Part shown: piece by piece, positions 12,114 to 25,080 of the stretch | How positions within the stretch are numbered: the first letter of the stretch is position 1 | Layout: each line of letters begins with the position of its first letter | Assembly: GCA_002633005.1 (NCBI GenBank) | Contig: NMRA01000619.1 | Location: forward strand, 169,704-233,703 | Reading direction: 5' to 3' | Length of the DNA stretch: 64,000 nt | Source: Phoronis australis | Taxonomy: Eukaryota > Animalia > Phoronida | The notes under the pieces: generated by a model | Told to the model about the DNA's origin: nothing | Databases searched by the model: none | What the model saw: only the letters and a program-made list of their open reading frames with translations | Program-made: the position numbers and the translations under genes

Positions 12114-13683
12114 CCCGGGTGAGAATTTTACACGTTTTGACACGCTTTTGAGCATGTCAAACATGTCAAACGTGTGAAAAACGTGTAATACGTGTCAAAA
12201 TTGCCACGCTAACGTGTAAAACATGTAAAAACATGACACGTGTAAAATTCTACACACTAGCGTGTCAAACGTGTAATAATGTGCCCTGCTAAACGAGCTA
12301 AACATGTAAAATTTGCCACGTTAGCGTGTCAAACATGTAAAATTTAACATTCCAGCATATCAAACGTGTAAAATGTGACACGCTAGAATGTCAAACGTGT
12401 ACAATGTGACACGCTAGCGTGTCAAACGTATAAAATTTTACACGCTAGCATGTCAAACAAAAGTGTAAAATATGATAGAATTTTTCAATAAAGATACAAT
12501 TTAAATAGGCTTGGCAGTTCTGAAAAAGGCCACTGGGAGGTAATCACCCAATTTGAATGAATATACATATTCCTTTAATAACAAGAATTTGCAACAAAAG
12601 ATTTCACTGCCTTTTCATATATCCAAATACTGAGTTAGAGTTGGTTGTGTGAGGAGAGCACTAAAGGTTTTTGAGTGTGGTGCAGCTCTAACGAAAGTTT
12701 GGTATGTATGTACTCTGGTTGACAGTGGCTTCATAAACTTTTCTTGCAAATGGTCTTTCTTTTAACAGTTAAGTTTGATTGTAACAAAAAACAAGAGTCA
12801 GTAGAAACTCTTGGCTATGCAGGTAATATATGAAGTTGGAACGCCTCTCATCTTCAGTAGTATATCAATTCATAATTGTTGTTAAAGGATCAACTCACAT
12901 TTTGTGTCAGCTTGAATGAGGCTAAGACATTATGTGTAGAGGTTTGGGCTGCAAAATCAACATGAACTCGATGTTATGACAAATGTTGAATCACTCTTGG
13001 TAATTCAAAAATGTTACAAAGTGTGTCTGTTCTTTACTTCATAAACTGTCTTCAAGCAAGTGGCATGACTCAAAAGCTAACTTATATACATATAAATATA
13101 GCATTAAGCACTTCGAACTTGTATGTTAAACCATTTTCTTATTTCTGTATTAATGTTATTCTAGATGTAATGAAATTTAGTGACAACTGTATGTGGTAAG
13201 AATTGAATAGTTACCAAACTGTGACTTAAAGAAGAAATCCCTTTATAAATTTGCTTTCAGTATGGATTCCCATGGTGGATAGTGAGCTGCTATAAACAAG
13301 GACATTATGGCTTGTACACGGCCTCAGGCTAAATGTGGGGTCGCTACCATGACAATGACACAGATTACAGGCTAGCATGGCAAAAGCGCCACGTTCGACA
13401 TGCTAACGTGTCAAAAGTCACGTTTGACACGCTGCCATAAGTTAAACGCTCACCATGCATGAGTGCTCCAATTTACATGTTTGTTGTGCTGAGCGTGTCA
13501 AACGTTGAGTATTGGAACAAAATTACACGTTTTTGACACATTCTTAACACGCCACGTTTTACAAGTTTGACACGCCACGTTTTACACGTTTACAAACCAC
13601 GTTTTACACGTTTGACATGCTTTTAGCGTGTTCCAATACTCCATGTTTTTAGAGCGTTCAAACGTGTCAAATTCTCACCCGGG
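12114..13683. mobile_element. Nested TIR element with subterminal repeat arrays (CMC/EnSpm-like)
   Basis: TIR cccgggtgagaattt / aaattctcacccggg; many (a)cgtgtcaaa and tttgacacg motifs at 12130-12470 and 13390-13670 in mirrored orientation. Confidence 0.7.
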
Positions 13684-14879
13684 TAGCTTATGATTTCACC
13701 TGTTTCGGAGACCGGGTTTCAACCACTTTGGCCCATAATAAGCGCCCCCCCTTTCCGAAGTGAATTTTCCTAAATGCCTTGAGCGCTTATTTGGGCGAAT
13801 ACGGCAGTTGTTTGATGAAATAAATGTTTGGAAAACTAACTAAGGTGTGTTTTTTGTGTTTGGGAATGTTTATGTTCGATACTCTGTGACTCAATGAATT
13901 TTCAACGTACAGTAAGGTCTAGAGCGGCTGTCTTATCTGGAAGGCCCCGCGCCGCTAACTTGCCTTTGCGCGAAACACGCTATGTAATCAAGATAAGAAT
14001 TGGAGAAAAGCAGACATGAGCCAGCCGTCAATCAAAAGTTACCGCAACAGCATTACTCAAGAACAAGTATTTGCTTAAAACTTTATGTAAAAAATACTAA
14101 TGACTTTGACTGGGGGTAAGTCTAGTGAGCCCGTACAATGGGAGTCTGAGGAAAAAATGGTTAGTACAGAGAGTCTAGATATGGTATCAGAGGTGAAAAC
14201 TGTCTGTAAAACGTTTTAATACTGTGACTTACAGGTGTAACTCAATCTCCCATAAGGGTACTTTGCTATGGAACTCATTGCCATCGGCAATGGCACAATG
14301 TACTACCTTTAAATGAATTTGCCACATGTGCTGATTTTTTCTCTGTGAACTGCTATTGTGAGAACTGCTACAAATGTCTACACATCCCGTAACATGTACT
14401 TTTGTATTCGTATTTATTTAAGTTCTGTGTATTTTCTTTACTGTACACTTAGCTTGTATTTTAAGTTTTTGTAGTTTGCGTTTGTAGATTTAAAAAAATT
14501 GTCGGATAATAGCACTTGTGCTAATGTTTCATTGTTAAACCTCACCGACTTTTAAATAAAGATTATTTCTACTATAACGAGCTGCTGATTGCAAACACAA
14601 GCCGAGACTTTGGTCATCTTGTATCGTAACACTGCGACTTGGAATTTCCCACGTAAGCAAGCCCAGTTTTTGGCCAAACAAACATATCGTGCAAATCCGA
14701 CCGTTATTTGGTTGTTGCCAATTCAAGATGAACGCAAACAGAGAACGGCCCTCTTCAATGAGTTATAAACATGTCGTGGGATAATTCAGAAATGATCTTT
14801 GACGCGTTTTTTTGACTAGTGTTTCCGGCTACTTTTGCAAGTTTTTGAATATGTCGAAGAAAATTTCGGACTACGGCAT

Positions 14880-15290
14880 AGATATGAGACGTTTCATTCT
14901 TTAACGATCAACTTACCAACCTTTTCATGAAAGTAAAACATTTATTTTCCATGTAAGATGTCCTGATTATTCTATTACAATATCCCCGATAATATCGCAC
15001 TGCAGGACTCAGGTTGGTCCCACTGTTTAAGCGCAATGCCTCAGCAGACAATTGCGACTTGGAAATGCGTATGGTATTTTATGGCAAGACAGCAGACAAA
15101 ATCTCAAGCCCTTCTTTCTGGAACTGAGCACGCGCGTAGGTATGAGTCGCCCGTCTCTCACATATGTAACATGCACTCCTGCAATTCAAGAGTGGGAACT
15201 TACGCGCACACCAATCCAAAGCCGCACATCAAAAGAAAACAGTGAGAGTCCTACGAAAAAAGTATACCAGCTCGACTCTGCACGTTTAAG
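14880..15290 (+). repeat. Unclassified dispersed repeat, second copy at ~25590-26060
   Basis: Shared aacgatcaactta, gcaatgcc...cagacaatt.gacttggaaatg and ccaaagcc.cat.tcaaaaga.aacag motifs in the same order. Confidence 0.7.
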
Positions 15291-16054
15291 CTGCCCGTGC
15301 TTTACGATTCCTGAGGCCCAATGCTCCTCGGAACAGCGGTGGTCTATCCCGATGTTTCCATGGCTCGATATTCCCCAGGCCCGATGTTCTATGCCCGTAG
15401 CCAGGTGTTAGCGATCTTTTTATTCACCTCTTCCTACACCTCCCCCCCAGCTCCAATTTTTACTCCCCAAGTCGTCAGTCGACAACGTCATAGATTTTTC
15501 AGACTCAAACGGTTAGAGAAAACACTGTACTAATTAACTCTGTGCAATTGTTCTTCAAAACACTACTTGTATTTTTAATGGCCCACTTTTGCACGTGGTT
15601 CGGTTTTAATTGTGAAAAAGCCGCATAGGCGAAAACAAAATGTTATGGGCGTTTTTTGAGATTTCATCTTGAAATGCTAATTTCTCTTAGTTCTGCCTGA
15701 AACATGGTCACAGTTAATGAGAGATTTGATATAAAGCTCAAACTCATATTCTGCAGGATATCTACTTTCAGAAAATGTATGCATTTATCCAGTTAAATTC
15801 TATATTTCTGTTCATATTTGGCAAAATTCTCACACTTGTGGAAAAGGTCTTTCACAGTCCATTCTGATTGAGAGTGCAAACCTCACTAAAACTGCCTTAT
15901 TGTTACCTGATAGGGTATATTGTAAGCACACTCACAATAGCTTAGGGGAGGTCTTTTGTGTTGTGACTATTCACATTCTGAATAGAAGTAGATCTAAGTA
16001 TTGATAAACAAGATAATTACCCCAACCAAAATGTCTGAGCACCTGCCCAGTATG

Positions 16055-16512
16055 TGACACAGGCTCTATCCCATGACACAAACTCTACCCCTCACACAGA
16101 CTCTATCCCTGACACAGACTCTATCCCCTGACACAGGCTCAATCCCCTGACACAGACTCTATCCCCTGACACAGACTCTATCCCCTGACTCAGGCTCTTT
16201 CTCCCGACACAGGTTCTATCCCTGACACAAGTTATATCCCTCACTCTGGGACATAATCTTTTTCACTTGAAACAGGCTCTATCCCTGGCATGTGCTGTGT
16301 CCCCTATGTCACAAAACCTTCTTCTTGAAACAGGCTCTATACATATTACAGACTCTATCACCTGACACAGGCTCATCACCACAACACAGGCTCCATCCCG
16401 ACAAAGACTCTATCCCTTCACATAGACTCTGTTCCCTAACACAGGCATTATCACCTGACACGGGCTCTAGACCTCAACACATGCTCTATCACCTGACACA
16501 GGCTCTAGACCC
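16055..16512. repeat. ~20-bp minisatellite (tgacacagactctatcccc)
   Basis: direct reading; ends ~17 bp from the exon donor at 16529. Confidence 0.9.
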
Positions 16513-16528
16513 TCAAATGTTTCCTCAC

Positions 16529-16678
16529 CCGCCCTGTTTTTGCAGTCTCTGTCTCTATCAGCTTGTCTCTTTCCTTTCCTTTCTCAGCCACTTCCTTTTT
16601 TGCACCATCATCATCTTCGACACATGAGGTCACATGACTGAGTGCTGTAACTGATCCAATCTCATCGTAATGAGAAAT
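16529..16678 (-). CDS. ABCC1: ABCC1-like linker exon (...KGKERDKLIETETAKTGR)
   Basis: ttgtag| ... |gtgagg, 150 nt, phase 0-0; KLIE.E...TG.V motif precedes TMD2. Confidence 0.9.
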
Positions 16679-17449
16679 CTACAAAACACATTTGACACAT
16701 TCCAAGCAATTGCTTATGTCACTTACACACTCGGGAAATTTGAAAACACTAAAATTGTTCAAAATTAACAGGGGATAATAAGTCACAGCAACAAATGAGC
16801 TGTTTGAAATTCACTACGTGGCGCTAGAAAGGAAAACTAACGCAAATTTGCTTTGTTATTATCAATGTTACCAGAGGAACACAAAAATCTCATGTGGCCG
16901 ATGTTAACAAGTGATATTTGCTACTTTTGTTCCTCAAGATTGTCAGTAACCAACGTGATGTCAAGTAAAGATGTTACTTGCATAACAGAACAATGACAAA
17001 CAAATAACAAGCATAATGTCCCAGATCATATTAATAAGAATTAAAATACGCAAAATGCATGTTTAGCACATGGCAGCTGAAATAGACAAAAGTAAGTGGG
17101 CTATCCATATAAATCATAACAATGCCCAATCATTGTTGACAAGAACACTATATTACCTGATATAGGCGCGCAATGTGCAGGCCCAAATTGTCACAGCATC
17201 TCAAATTGTCACAACCTCAAAACTGTGACAATTTGGGTCAGGGCTGCAGGCCCATATTGTCACAATTTTCCCAAATTGTCAGAACAATTTTTTGCTTTTG
17301 ATAATTTTGGCCTGTTCTATGGTAAGCTGTGTTGGTGGAATATTTTAGCTGATGCAAAATTTTACCAAAAACACGCATTGCAATTTAAAACATGCTAATT
17401 TAAGCTCAACAATAACAAGTCGGCAAATGAAGAAGTATGTGAATACGAG

Positions 17450-18300
17450 GTAAACATTATGAATGGCGCAATCTGGGAGAGACAAATTCGCACCATTAGA
17501 TGTCTACAGTCTTCCATGTTAGATAAAACAGCTCTCAGATAGATGACGAATCATTAAGAACTTTGATGTATGAAGTAACTTCTTTTGTCAACAATTGACC
17601 TCTGTCGGTGGATAATCTTAATGACCCATTGTCTTTAGAGCCTCTCAATCCAAACCATTTCTTGATATTGAAATCTAAAGTTTTGATGTCACCCCCTGAC
17701 GCATTTGAGTCAGCTGATTTGTACTTCAGGAAGATGTGGAGACGAGTGCGACATTTAACAAAATGTGTTATGGTCTTGATGAAAATTAAGAGTATTTGTC
17801 AAGTATCTAAAAATGACAAAAGTGGACCAAACCTATGACTAATATTAAGATTGTTGGTATTGTCATAGTTAAAGATGACAACTTGTTCAGGAATAAAAGG
17901 AGGTTTGCCAGAGCTTGTGATGGTAATCCTGGTAAGGATGGTTAAAGTTCCTTCCGCTAGGGTGACTGTTGGAGATCCTAATATTTGGATGGCAAGGGTA
18001 GGCGTAAGTGGTTTAAGTTGACTGAGCATCCAGTGCATAAATTGATTATTTTGCTTGAGAATTGCGACCAATTCATTGGCAGAATAGTGTTATAGGTTAA
18101 ATTTCTCACACTTAATTTGTGCTAAACCATATCGATTTGTATTATATTGTATTGTATTTGTTCTTGATTTTACTCCCTTGATTTGTATAATTAAGATAAG
18201 TTAAATTTATTTTGAGGGCGCTGTGAATGAAGTTAGCTCCATCTTACCGTGTATTGTACTATGAGTATAGTGAATACTATTTTGTTTATGAATGATTAAG
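17450..18300 (+). mobile_element. BEL/Pao LTR retrotransposon 3' relic (integrase C-terminus, PPT, LTR start)
   Basis: GAIWERQIRT...N.PL...LEPLNPNHFL...WRRVRHL...PGKDG...PVHKLI; gagggcgc then TG at ~18222. Confidence 0.8.
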
Positions 18301-18339
18301 TGCGCTCAGGATTCTGAGACCTGAGCCCCAGTTATACGC

Positions 18340-19700
18340 CATGTTCAGGCACTGCTGCGTATATTGCCATTCTGGTTGGATGTGTTTTGTACTGCGCGTC
18401 TCAAGACATCATTAACTAAAGGTAATTTGCCTTTAAAACATTCTGCTTTGTGAGTTATGTATTCGTGAACTGTAACTGAGTATTTTGCACGTTCCAGTTT
18501 CAAAGACGGGCATCTTGGACATACACAGATAATGTGTTGCAAACTAAAGTTTCAAAATTTCCCATGCAACTTACTGTTTGCCTCCCATGCAACTACAGCT
18601 AGCATGTGTTTGTCAGATGATGTCTCACCTCTTGCAGACATATGAAACTAATTTCGCTCTCAGTGATTTCAAATGCCTTTCACAAATCTTTTGTCATACT
18701 CATAATCAAGTTCTCTTCTTGCAGAAGATGCTCCTCGGGTTTTTTCCAAAACAGGGAACACAATTTTATTCATGATCATCTACGAATTCAACAAATTCGC
18801 ACTGCGCTGCCAAATTTTGCAAAGCAGCCAAATAATACCTGTAATACCTGTCACCGAGAGGATCATTGAGGATATGCGGGTGCATTAATCCCCTCCCCAG
18901 ACCATGCCCATGAAAGCAGAAGGTGCAGAACTCCAGGGCTATCATTGCCTGTAAGCATTTGAATTGGCAACGCTCTGGCACAGCTCTTGTGACTTTTAGC
19001 AGCATGGCCATATGTAATACCGGCTTCGAACAGTCGGCCGCCATCGTTGAACTCAGCCAGTTGGGACGAAGTCTGCTCCAAGGTGCGCCAATGAGCCAGC
19101 AGATTAACATCAGCTGAGTATAAGCAGAGGGGTTGGTTGGTGGTGCACGAGCCAGCGTGGTAATCTACACGCTCATCAATCAAGACACCGGTGTGGCCAG
19201 GTACGAAAGACAAGATCACTGTAGTGATGAGGGTGGCATGATCAGAAGACACCAAAGTTAGCTGAGAGATTTCCAGACTGATCAAACCTTCATCAACACC
19301 ACCATAGAATCCATGGCAAAGGTTATGGTATGATTCTCCAGGTCTAGGTGTAGTAGCTTAGTTAGGGCACATTATATAGCCTCAAACTCCATCCGTGTAC
19401 TACTTGTGTATACATGGTGATAGCCTTCGTGAAGCAACGCTTCCAGGCAGTATCTTCTACCCACGATTCCTCTTGCTGGTCACAGTCTCTCGTGACGCAA
19501 CACTTGCTGCCAGTATCTTCTACTCATGATGCAAGTGACAAGCTCTTAGTTAACTTTCTGTTCTTTAACCCATGCCCTTGTCAAGATCCTCTTTAGAACC
19601 TTCTATTAGATGATTCTCTACCATTTCTTCAGTACACTGTAGCAAATCCAATAGCTTCAACCAGTAAATCCCATCCGAGTATTTCCAGACTTCTGCCCAA
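18340..19700 (-). mobile_element. Decayed DNA transposase relic, possibly hAT
   Basis: Overlapping broken frames, higher GC than the flanks, W.SL.P-like and L.DP-like remnants; family not secure. Confidence 0.3.
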
Positions 19701-20415
19701 ATTATACTTAATGATTGGCTAATAAAAACCATATGAGCTTATCTAATCATATCATTGGTTGTTACAATCTGATCTCAGAAATTTCTAGAATCTTTAGAGT
19801 GCATTGACCCCAGAACCAAACTGGTAAACATCATCTAACAATAGACGTTGATGTCAAAAACACATATAAACAAGTTTGACCCCATTGTTTTAAAAGTACA
19901 TTATGCACAAATTTTGGGCAACTTAAATAGAACTATGATATCTCTAATAAATACGTAATCAATGTTCATTCCGACATTTACTTTGACCACCAACTTGACA
20001 AAATTGGTCTCCACTTGTTCCTCAGTCAAATTACAGGTAATTTCTGAATTCGGAAAGAACTAAACTGATGGTTGTTTGTGAGAAGGCTCTAAAAAATCCC
20101 TTGTCACAACAGGTCATTTTCTGCGCCAAATATGGTCTAAGTTTGGAGCATTTTATCTGTAAAGCACCTGCCACTTTTCAAATTCATTGTCAGACAATTG
20201 CCAACTGGTAAAACATCCAGTGATACCACAAATAATTTGGGGATAACTTATAGTCTAAAAAGTGGGATTTAACTTCACATGTTTTGATGGTCATGTGCCT
20301 GTAGAAACCTTTCTGCAAGATTTGCTAATCTACACATTATTTTGATGCATAATGAGGTTCATTTTCAATGTTTTATTTGCATGTGATGCTTGCTTAGTTG
20401 TAACTGCATTAAAAA

Positions 20416-20585
20416 ACAAGTTGTAGTGTACCTGTGCTTTGAGATCTGGTGTACCCAAGCAAGTTGTAGACGTAAGTGAACCTGTGCTTTGAGATCTGGT
20501 GACTACCCAAGCAAGTTATAGACGTAAGCGAACCTGTGCTTTGAGATCTGGTGACTACCCAAGCAAGTTGTAGACGTAAGGGAAC
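20416..20585. repeat. ~52-bp tandem repeat, three copies
   Basis: acctgtgctttgagatctggtgactacccaagcaagttgtagacgtaag; abuts the inverted Penelope piece. Confidence 0.9.
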
Positions 20586-21260
20586 CGACAGTTTTAGAGA
20601 CTTGAATGTTAATACAACTTTTAAGTTCACACAGTAATCATTCACCAATTTGTTGAGTTTCCGTTGAGCAAGTTTGGCGTAAAACCCAACATAGAGTATT
20701 TTAAAGTACTTGTAGTTAGTTTTGTCTACAGGATGAACATCATCAGGGTCTCTAAAACTGTCGAGTTTATTTAACCCTAAGGACAAAATTTCTATGGGTC
20801 TACGGTTCAAGGTATTATACAAATTTATCTGTGCTGGATGTGGCTCCAGTTATATAGGCGAAACTGTTCGCTATTTGAAAACCAGGACCAAGGAAAATCT
20901 AAATTCTGACAGTAATTCTCATGTAAATATTCACCTACCGAGCTCAAATCATTGTTATCAGCAATGCTCTTTCAATGACTTTGCAATAATAGACCAGGCA
21001 GTAACAACAAAGGAGCTTAAAATTCATGAGACTTTACATATCAGTTGGTGCAAGCCCAATCTCAATAGGCAACTGACGCACCACAGGTTGTCATTGTTGG
21101 TCTAGTTCATTGTCACTCCCTGTAACTGACTGTATCTGTGCTTCATTACTTGTTGCTGGGCCTAGCTAGGTGGCCACTGTATTATGACTTCTGAGGATGG
21201 TGTTTAATAAATGACACTGAAACATGTCAAGTTTTAAAACCGTAGTTATTTTCTTGAAAC
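20585..21260 (+). mobile_element. Penelope-like element 3' fragment (GIY-YIG endonuclease) with inverted 5' piece
   Basis: VLYKFICAGCGSSYIGET.R.L.TR...E.LHI....PNLNRQ at 20794-21105; upstream linker (YFKILYVG...KLNKLVNDYC) on the minus strand at 20585-20775. Confidence 0.85.
21185..21229 (+). ncRNA. Minimal type I hammerhead ribozyme-like motif
   Basis: tgac-tt-CTGAGGA-t-ggtgt(loop)acact-GAAA-cat-gtca; located just 3' of a Penelope GIY-YIG ORF. Confidence 0.65.
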
Positions 21261-21336
21261 AGAAACATATTAAATTAACGACTTATGACCATAAGTAATG
21301 AAAGTGTTCCACCCCTGCCTAGTGTTACGACCATAC

Positions 21337-21502
21337 CTGCAGCTGTATACTCTCCAGTTCTGCCTCATCTGTAGTAGAGATTTTGTCCCTAGACACGGCC
21401 AGCTCAGTCTTAAAGCCAGCCAGAGGTTGAGGGTGGGGCTCATCAATATGTGCATCACTGGTAGCCGTCTGCTTTCTCTCTCGATGCTCAGTAGATCTTT
21501 TC
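21337..21502 (-). CDS. ABCC1: ABCC1-like linker exon (KRSTEHRERKQTATSDAHIDEPHP...ELESIQLQ)
   Basis: tttcag| ... cag|gtatgg, 166 nt, phase 2-0, open; needed to restore frame between its neighbours. Confidence 0.7.
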
Positions 21503-22634
21503 CTGAAACAGGTCCAACACCAAAGTCAAACAGAGAGCAGTTCATGAATACTTTGTTGAAGTGGCACTTGGATGTCTGTGGCTGGCACTGGTTGCACGAA
21601 ACAGTCCCAAATAGTGATTCAACTAAATTCCCTAAATCTTTTGCGAATTTGTTATTCATTCTTTACTCACAGATGTATTGTTTTTTTCTATAGTATTTTA
21701 TCTTTATTATGAACTCTTCTTTGATTGACATTTTCTAACATAAGCAAGAAGACAACTGAGCCCTTAATTCAATCAAAAGGTTTAGGGAGTTCTTAAATTA
21801 CGGGCGTTGCATAAATAGATCCATCCCTTTTTATTTTTAATGACCGTGAGAATTCAATATAGAGTTAACTCTTCATTTGTATCAAAGCCAAATATTTGCT
21901 TAGCAACGAGACTCAAACAGCATGAGAAAGGACAACCAGTGTTCTCACAAGCCCATAAATATGCAGTAGAGCTAAGGAATTTAGTCAAGTAATTGTTTGG
22001 GACTGTTTCATGAAACCGGGCACTGGAGAACAGGAAGGGGCACCCAGCTGCCTAGCTATATGAAATCATACATCAAATCACTCAATTCGTCCTCCAGACA
22101 TCAGTGGATTGCCCATTTGACAAAATATTCATGAGTTGTATTGTAATTATAACAAAACAGATAAATGCAATCAAACAATTAAATTTGAAATGATGGCCTA
22201 TATAAATTTGAAAATCTCTCAGCTTGGCACACACCTTTTCTGTCTGAAGTCCAGAACAATGCTGTGTGTATATTGAAACTAAAAAACAAAGCTGAACTTG
22301 AATTTGAAATCAAGGACAACTTTTCAATAAAAATCTTGCTGCTGCACAGGATTTTTTTATGAAAAAGGTCGAAAATTGTCATTGTTTTACATAAAAATTG
22401 AATCATTTAGTCAAAGTTACTTTGAAGTAACAGTGAAATAATCCATAGCAAATGCAATCAAATAAGTAAAGTTTTTCTAGTTTCAACTACAATTTTTAAT
22501 ATAATTCAACAGAACTAAGTGGTTAATAATCAGTAGGTGTGCTAAATTATGAATGGCCATGTTCAGAGAGAACATAACAAAAACCTGCCAGCCAAATGAA
22601 TCACTCACAAACAAGACAGTTACCAAGAACTTAC

Positions 22635-22707
22635 TTCCTGATCTCATTGATATCTTCCTGAAGGAGCTCACCGACTTGGGACAAGACTTCCTGGCGTAAG
22701 GCAAGAC
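22635..22707 (-). CDS. ABCC1: ABCC1-like linker exon (LALRQEVLSQVGELLQEDINEIRK)
   Basis: ttttag| ... |gtaagt, 73 nt, phase 1-2, open frame; linker is poorly conserved so support is splice signals and phase. Confidence 0.75.
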
Positions 22708-24887
22708 CTAAAATTATTTTACAGTGAAAAGACCAAGAAGTAAATGCCCATTAAGCAATAAAAGGCATTACCAGTCATAAAGAAATTATTTAGCAAACTT
22801 AAGTACACAAAAATGAAGAAAATCTGAATTCTTCATAAAAGAGTACCATATAAACTAGTACAAAGTTCTTAAAAAACCTTATGCACAAAATAGTAGCATC
22901 AAAATTAATAAAAAATTAGCATTTGTTTTTGCCTGGTTTTTCTCAGGTGGATTTTACAAAATAAGAATTAGCTGACATGTTGAGCACTATCTACAGAACA
23001 ACAAATTTAAAGTTTAATATTCCAGCCCTACATATATTCTACTAGACTTGGTAGGAGTGACCTACTTTTCAAAATGTCAAGCACTACATAACCAAGTAAG
23101 GTAAATAGGAAATGATACATCGAGCACCATGAACATCTGAGCACTTAATGGAATTCTCCTGGACCACCAAACTTAACTCATAAATTGACCAATCGCAATA
23201 CATGGAACAAACTTGACGAATGTTTGATGGCCCAAGAAATGCGATTCACAACTTGAATTGACCAAAGGGAAAGCAATATTTATCTTGGCTAGTGTGAGCA
23301 TTGCAACACACTTTACAACCAAATAACTTATAATGAAATTGAAATGACAAATGGTATAATTCTGATATTAAATAGACATAGCAGCAATGAATGATATGCG
23401 AAATTGCAGGATCAGTGCCCGACCAAAATACAGCGTTGTGACTTCAAAGTGCAGAATAAAACAAGTGCTATTGCATCTCAACAAAGGCTAGTAATTTTTA
23501 CATTATCATTACCTGTTTAGAAAAAAATATTTTAGACAGCATTTACAAATCAAGATGTGACCAAGATATCGCATCACACAATGACTAAATCATCAACAAT
23601 TAACTAAGCAGAGAAATTCGCATTCGCTTATTAGCACAATACGCAAAGTGCCCATTTGAAACAGCAATTTATAAAGATGGTAGAAAAACTTCCTTTTTAA
23701 GTAACTTGTATGAGTTATCACAATGGTTCAATCAAAACTTCTCAAGGCCTTGATGACACCAACAATTTACATTTCTCATGTACTCAGAGTATTTTTTCCT
23801 ATAATAGATGATACTTAGGAGACAAATGAGAGAACCATCAAACTATAAACAAGTAAATTCAATTTTCATATGCAACATGAAAATGAATGTAACATTCTCG
23901 TACCTTGACCATGGAACGTTGGAAAACATGGAGAAGATTAGATAAGCAGAACATCAACGCAAATAACACAAAGAGCATAAGCATACAAAAGAAATTGTGC
24001 AGAATATTTAGTTTACTACACAACTTTGAATGCCATGCTAAGCAACTGCAGATAATCAATGCAACGAGCCCACCTGAATGGCCAGCGCATGTCAGGTACA
24101 ATGTGTACCAGACTGCTTCAATTGTACATTAAGCAACTACAACTGCCATGTGAAGTCTAAATGAAACAACACTGCATAAGTGCAAAATAGCCAGGCAAGC
24201 ATTTGACTGAGTGGTGAACATATATACAATAGACAAAGATGCCAGGCAGTGTTTTATAAAATGTCATACACCTGTTTTCAGTTAAAGATGGTCGTACCTT
24301 GAATTTTTATTGGAAAACAATTCATTATGGTTTATGAAGATGGGTTTTCAACTAGTATGTGAGCTGCGATCGTGAATAAGACCGATGCAATCGGTTTGCT
24401 CACAAAAATGCAACACTGCCTTCAAAATAACTACTTATTACAGGACATAAAAGTTTTGATAAAACAGGCAATGATGCACATTACGTGTTACTATCTTATA
24501 GCATAAATCTGAGATTTTTGCGCAGAAAAGATAAAAAGTTGAGGTATAAACACATCATTTATTACATTCCCTGATATCTTAGCAGCCCATATTATTAAAG
24601 CCATATTCAGCAAAAACGTTAAAATCTTACTTTTAGTTCGTGTCTTGGCTCTAACCATTTTAGAGAGGCAAGCTCACCATATTAAAATACGGTGAGCTTA
24701 CTTATCTCATTTTACACATAACACATGGGCCGACAGTTCATTGATTGTATGCAATGTTAGATTGGTCACCTCAAACTTGATTTAACACAGCTGACATGAC
24801 CTACTCAATGCTACGGTACACTGGGTGTCTTCTATTCAATTAATATTGTTCAGTCTTCACCTCAAAAAGAAAGTTATTTCCACTCAC

Positions 24888-25080
24888 TTTCTTCATCCAA
24901 TACTTCCAATGTCTCATCTGATTCTTCTGTCAGATGGTTCTTCAAGAACTCAGCAAAGGCGCCTCTGTGAGACACCAGCTCCTTAAATGTCCCCAGCTCT
25001 GAGACACGCCCTTCCGTCAAAACAATGATCCGGTCTGTCTTGGGCAGGAAGCTCAGGCCGTGTGTTACCAGAATGCGAGT
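24888..25080 (-). CDS. ABCC1: ABCC1-like exon (H-loop; TRILVTHGLSFLPKTDRIIVL...)
   Basis: ttacag| ... |gtgagt, 193 nt, phase 0-1. Confidence 0.95.

Larger units (their letters stand above)
10518..13805. mobile_element. Composite pogo/Tigger-like (Tc1-mariner) element with HIRAN-like ORF remnant
   Basis: Termini ctgtattcgcc...ggcgaatacgg; 10565-10608 inverted at 13684-13725; an additional right end near 11800-11840; related copies at 36330-37325 and 59525-60028. Confidence 0.65.

Noticed and set aside
23900-24300. Candidate micro-exons in the linker intron (aag|gtacg donors)
   Set aside because: Weak or absent acceptors, and the reading frame is already satisfied without them
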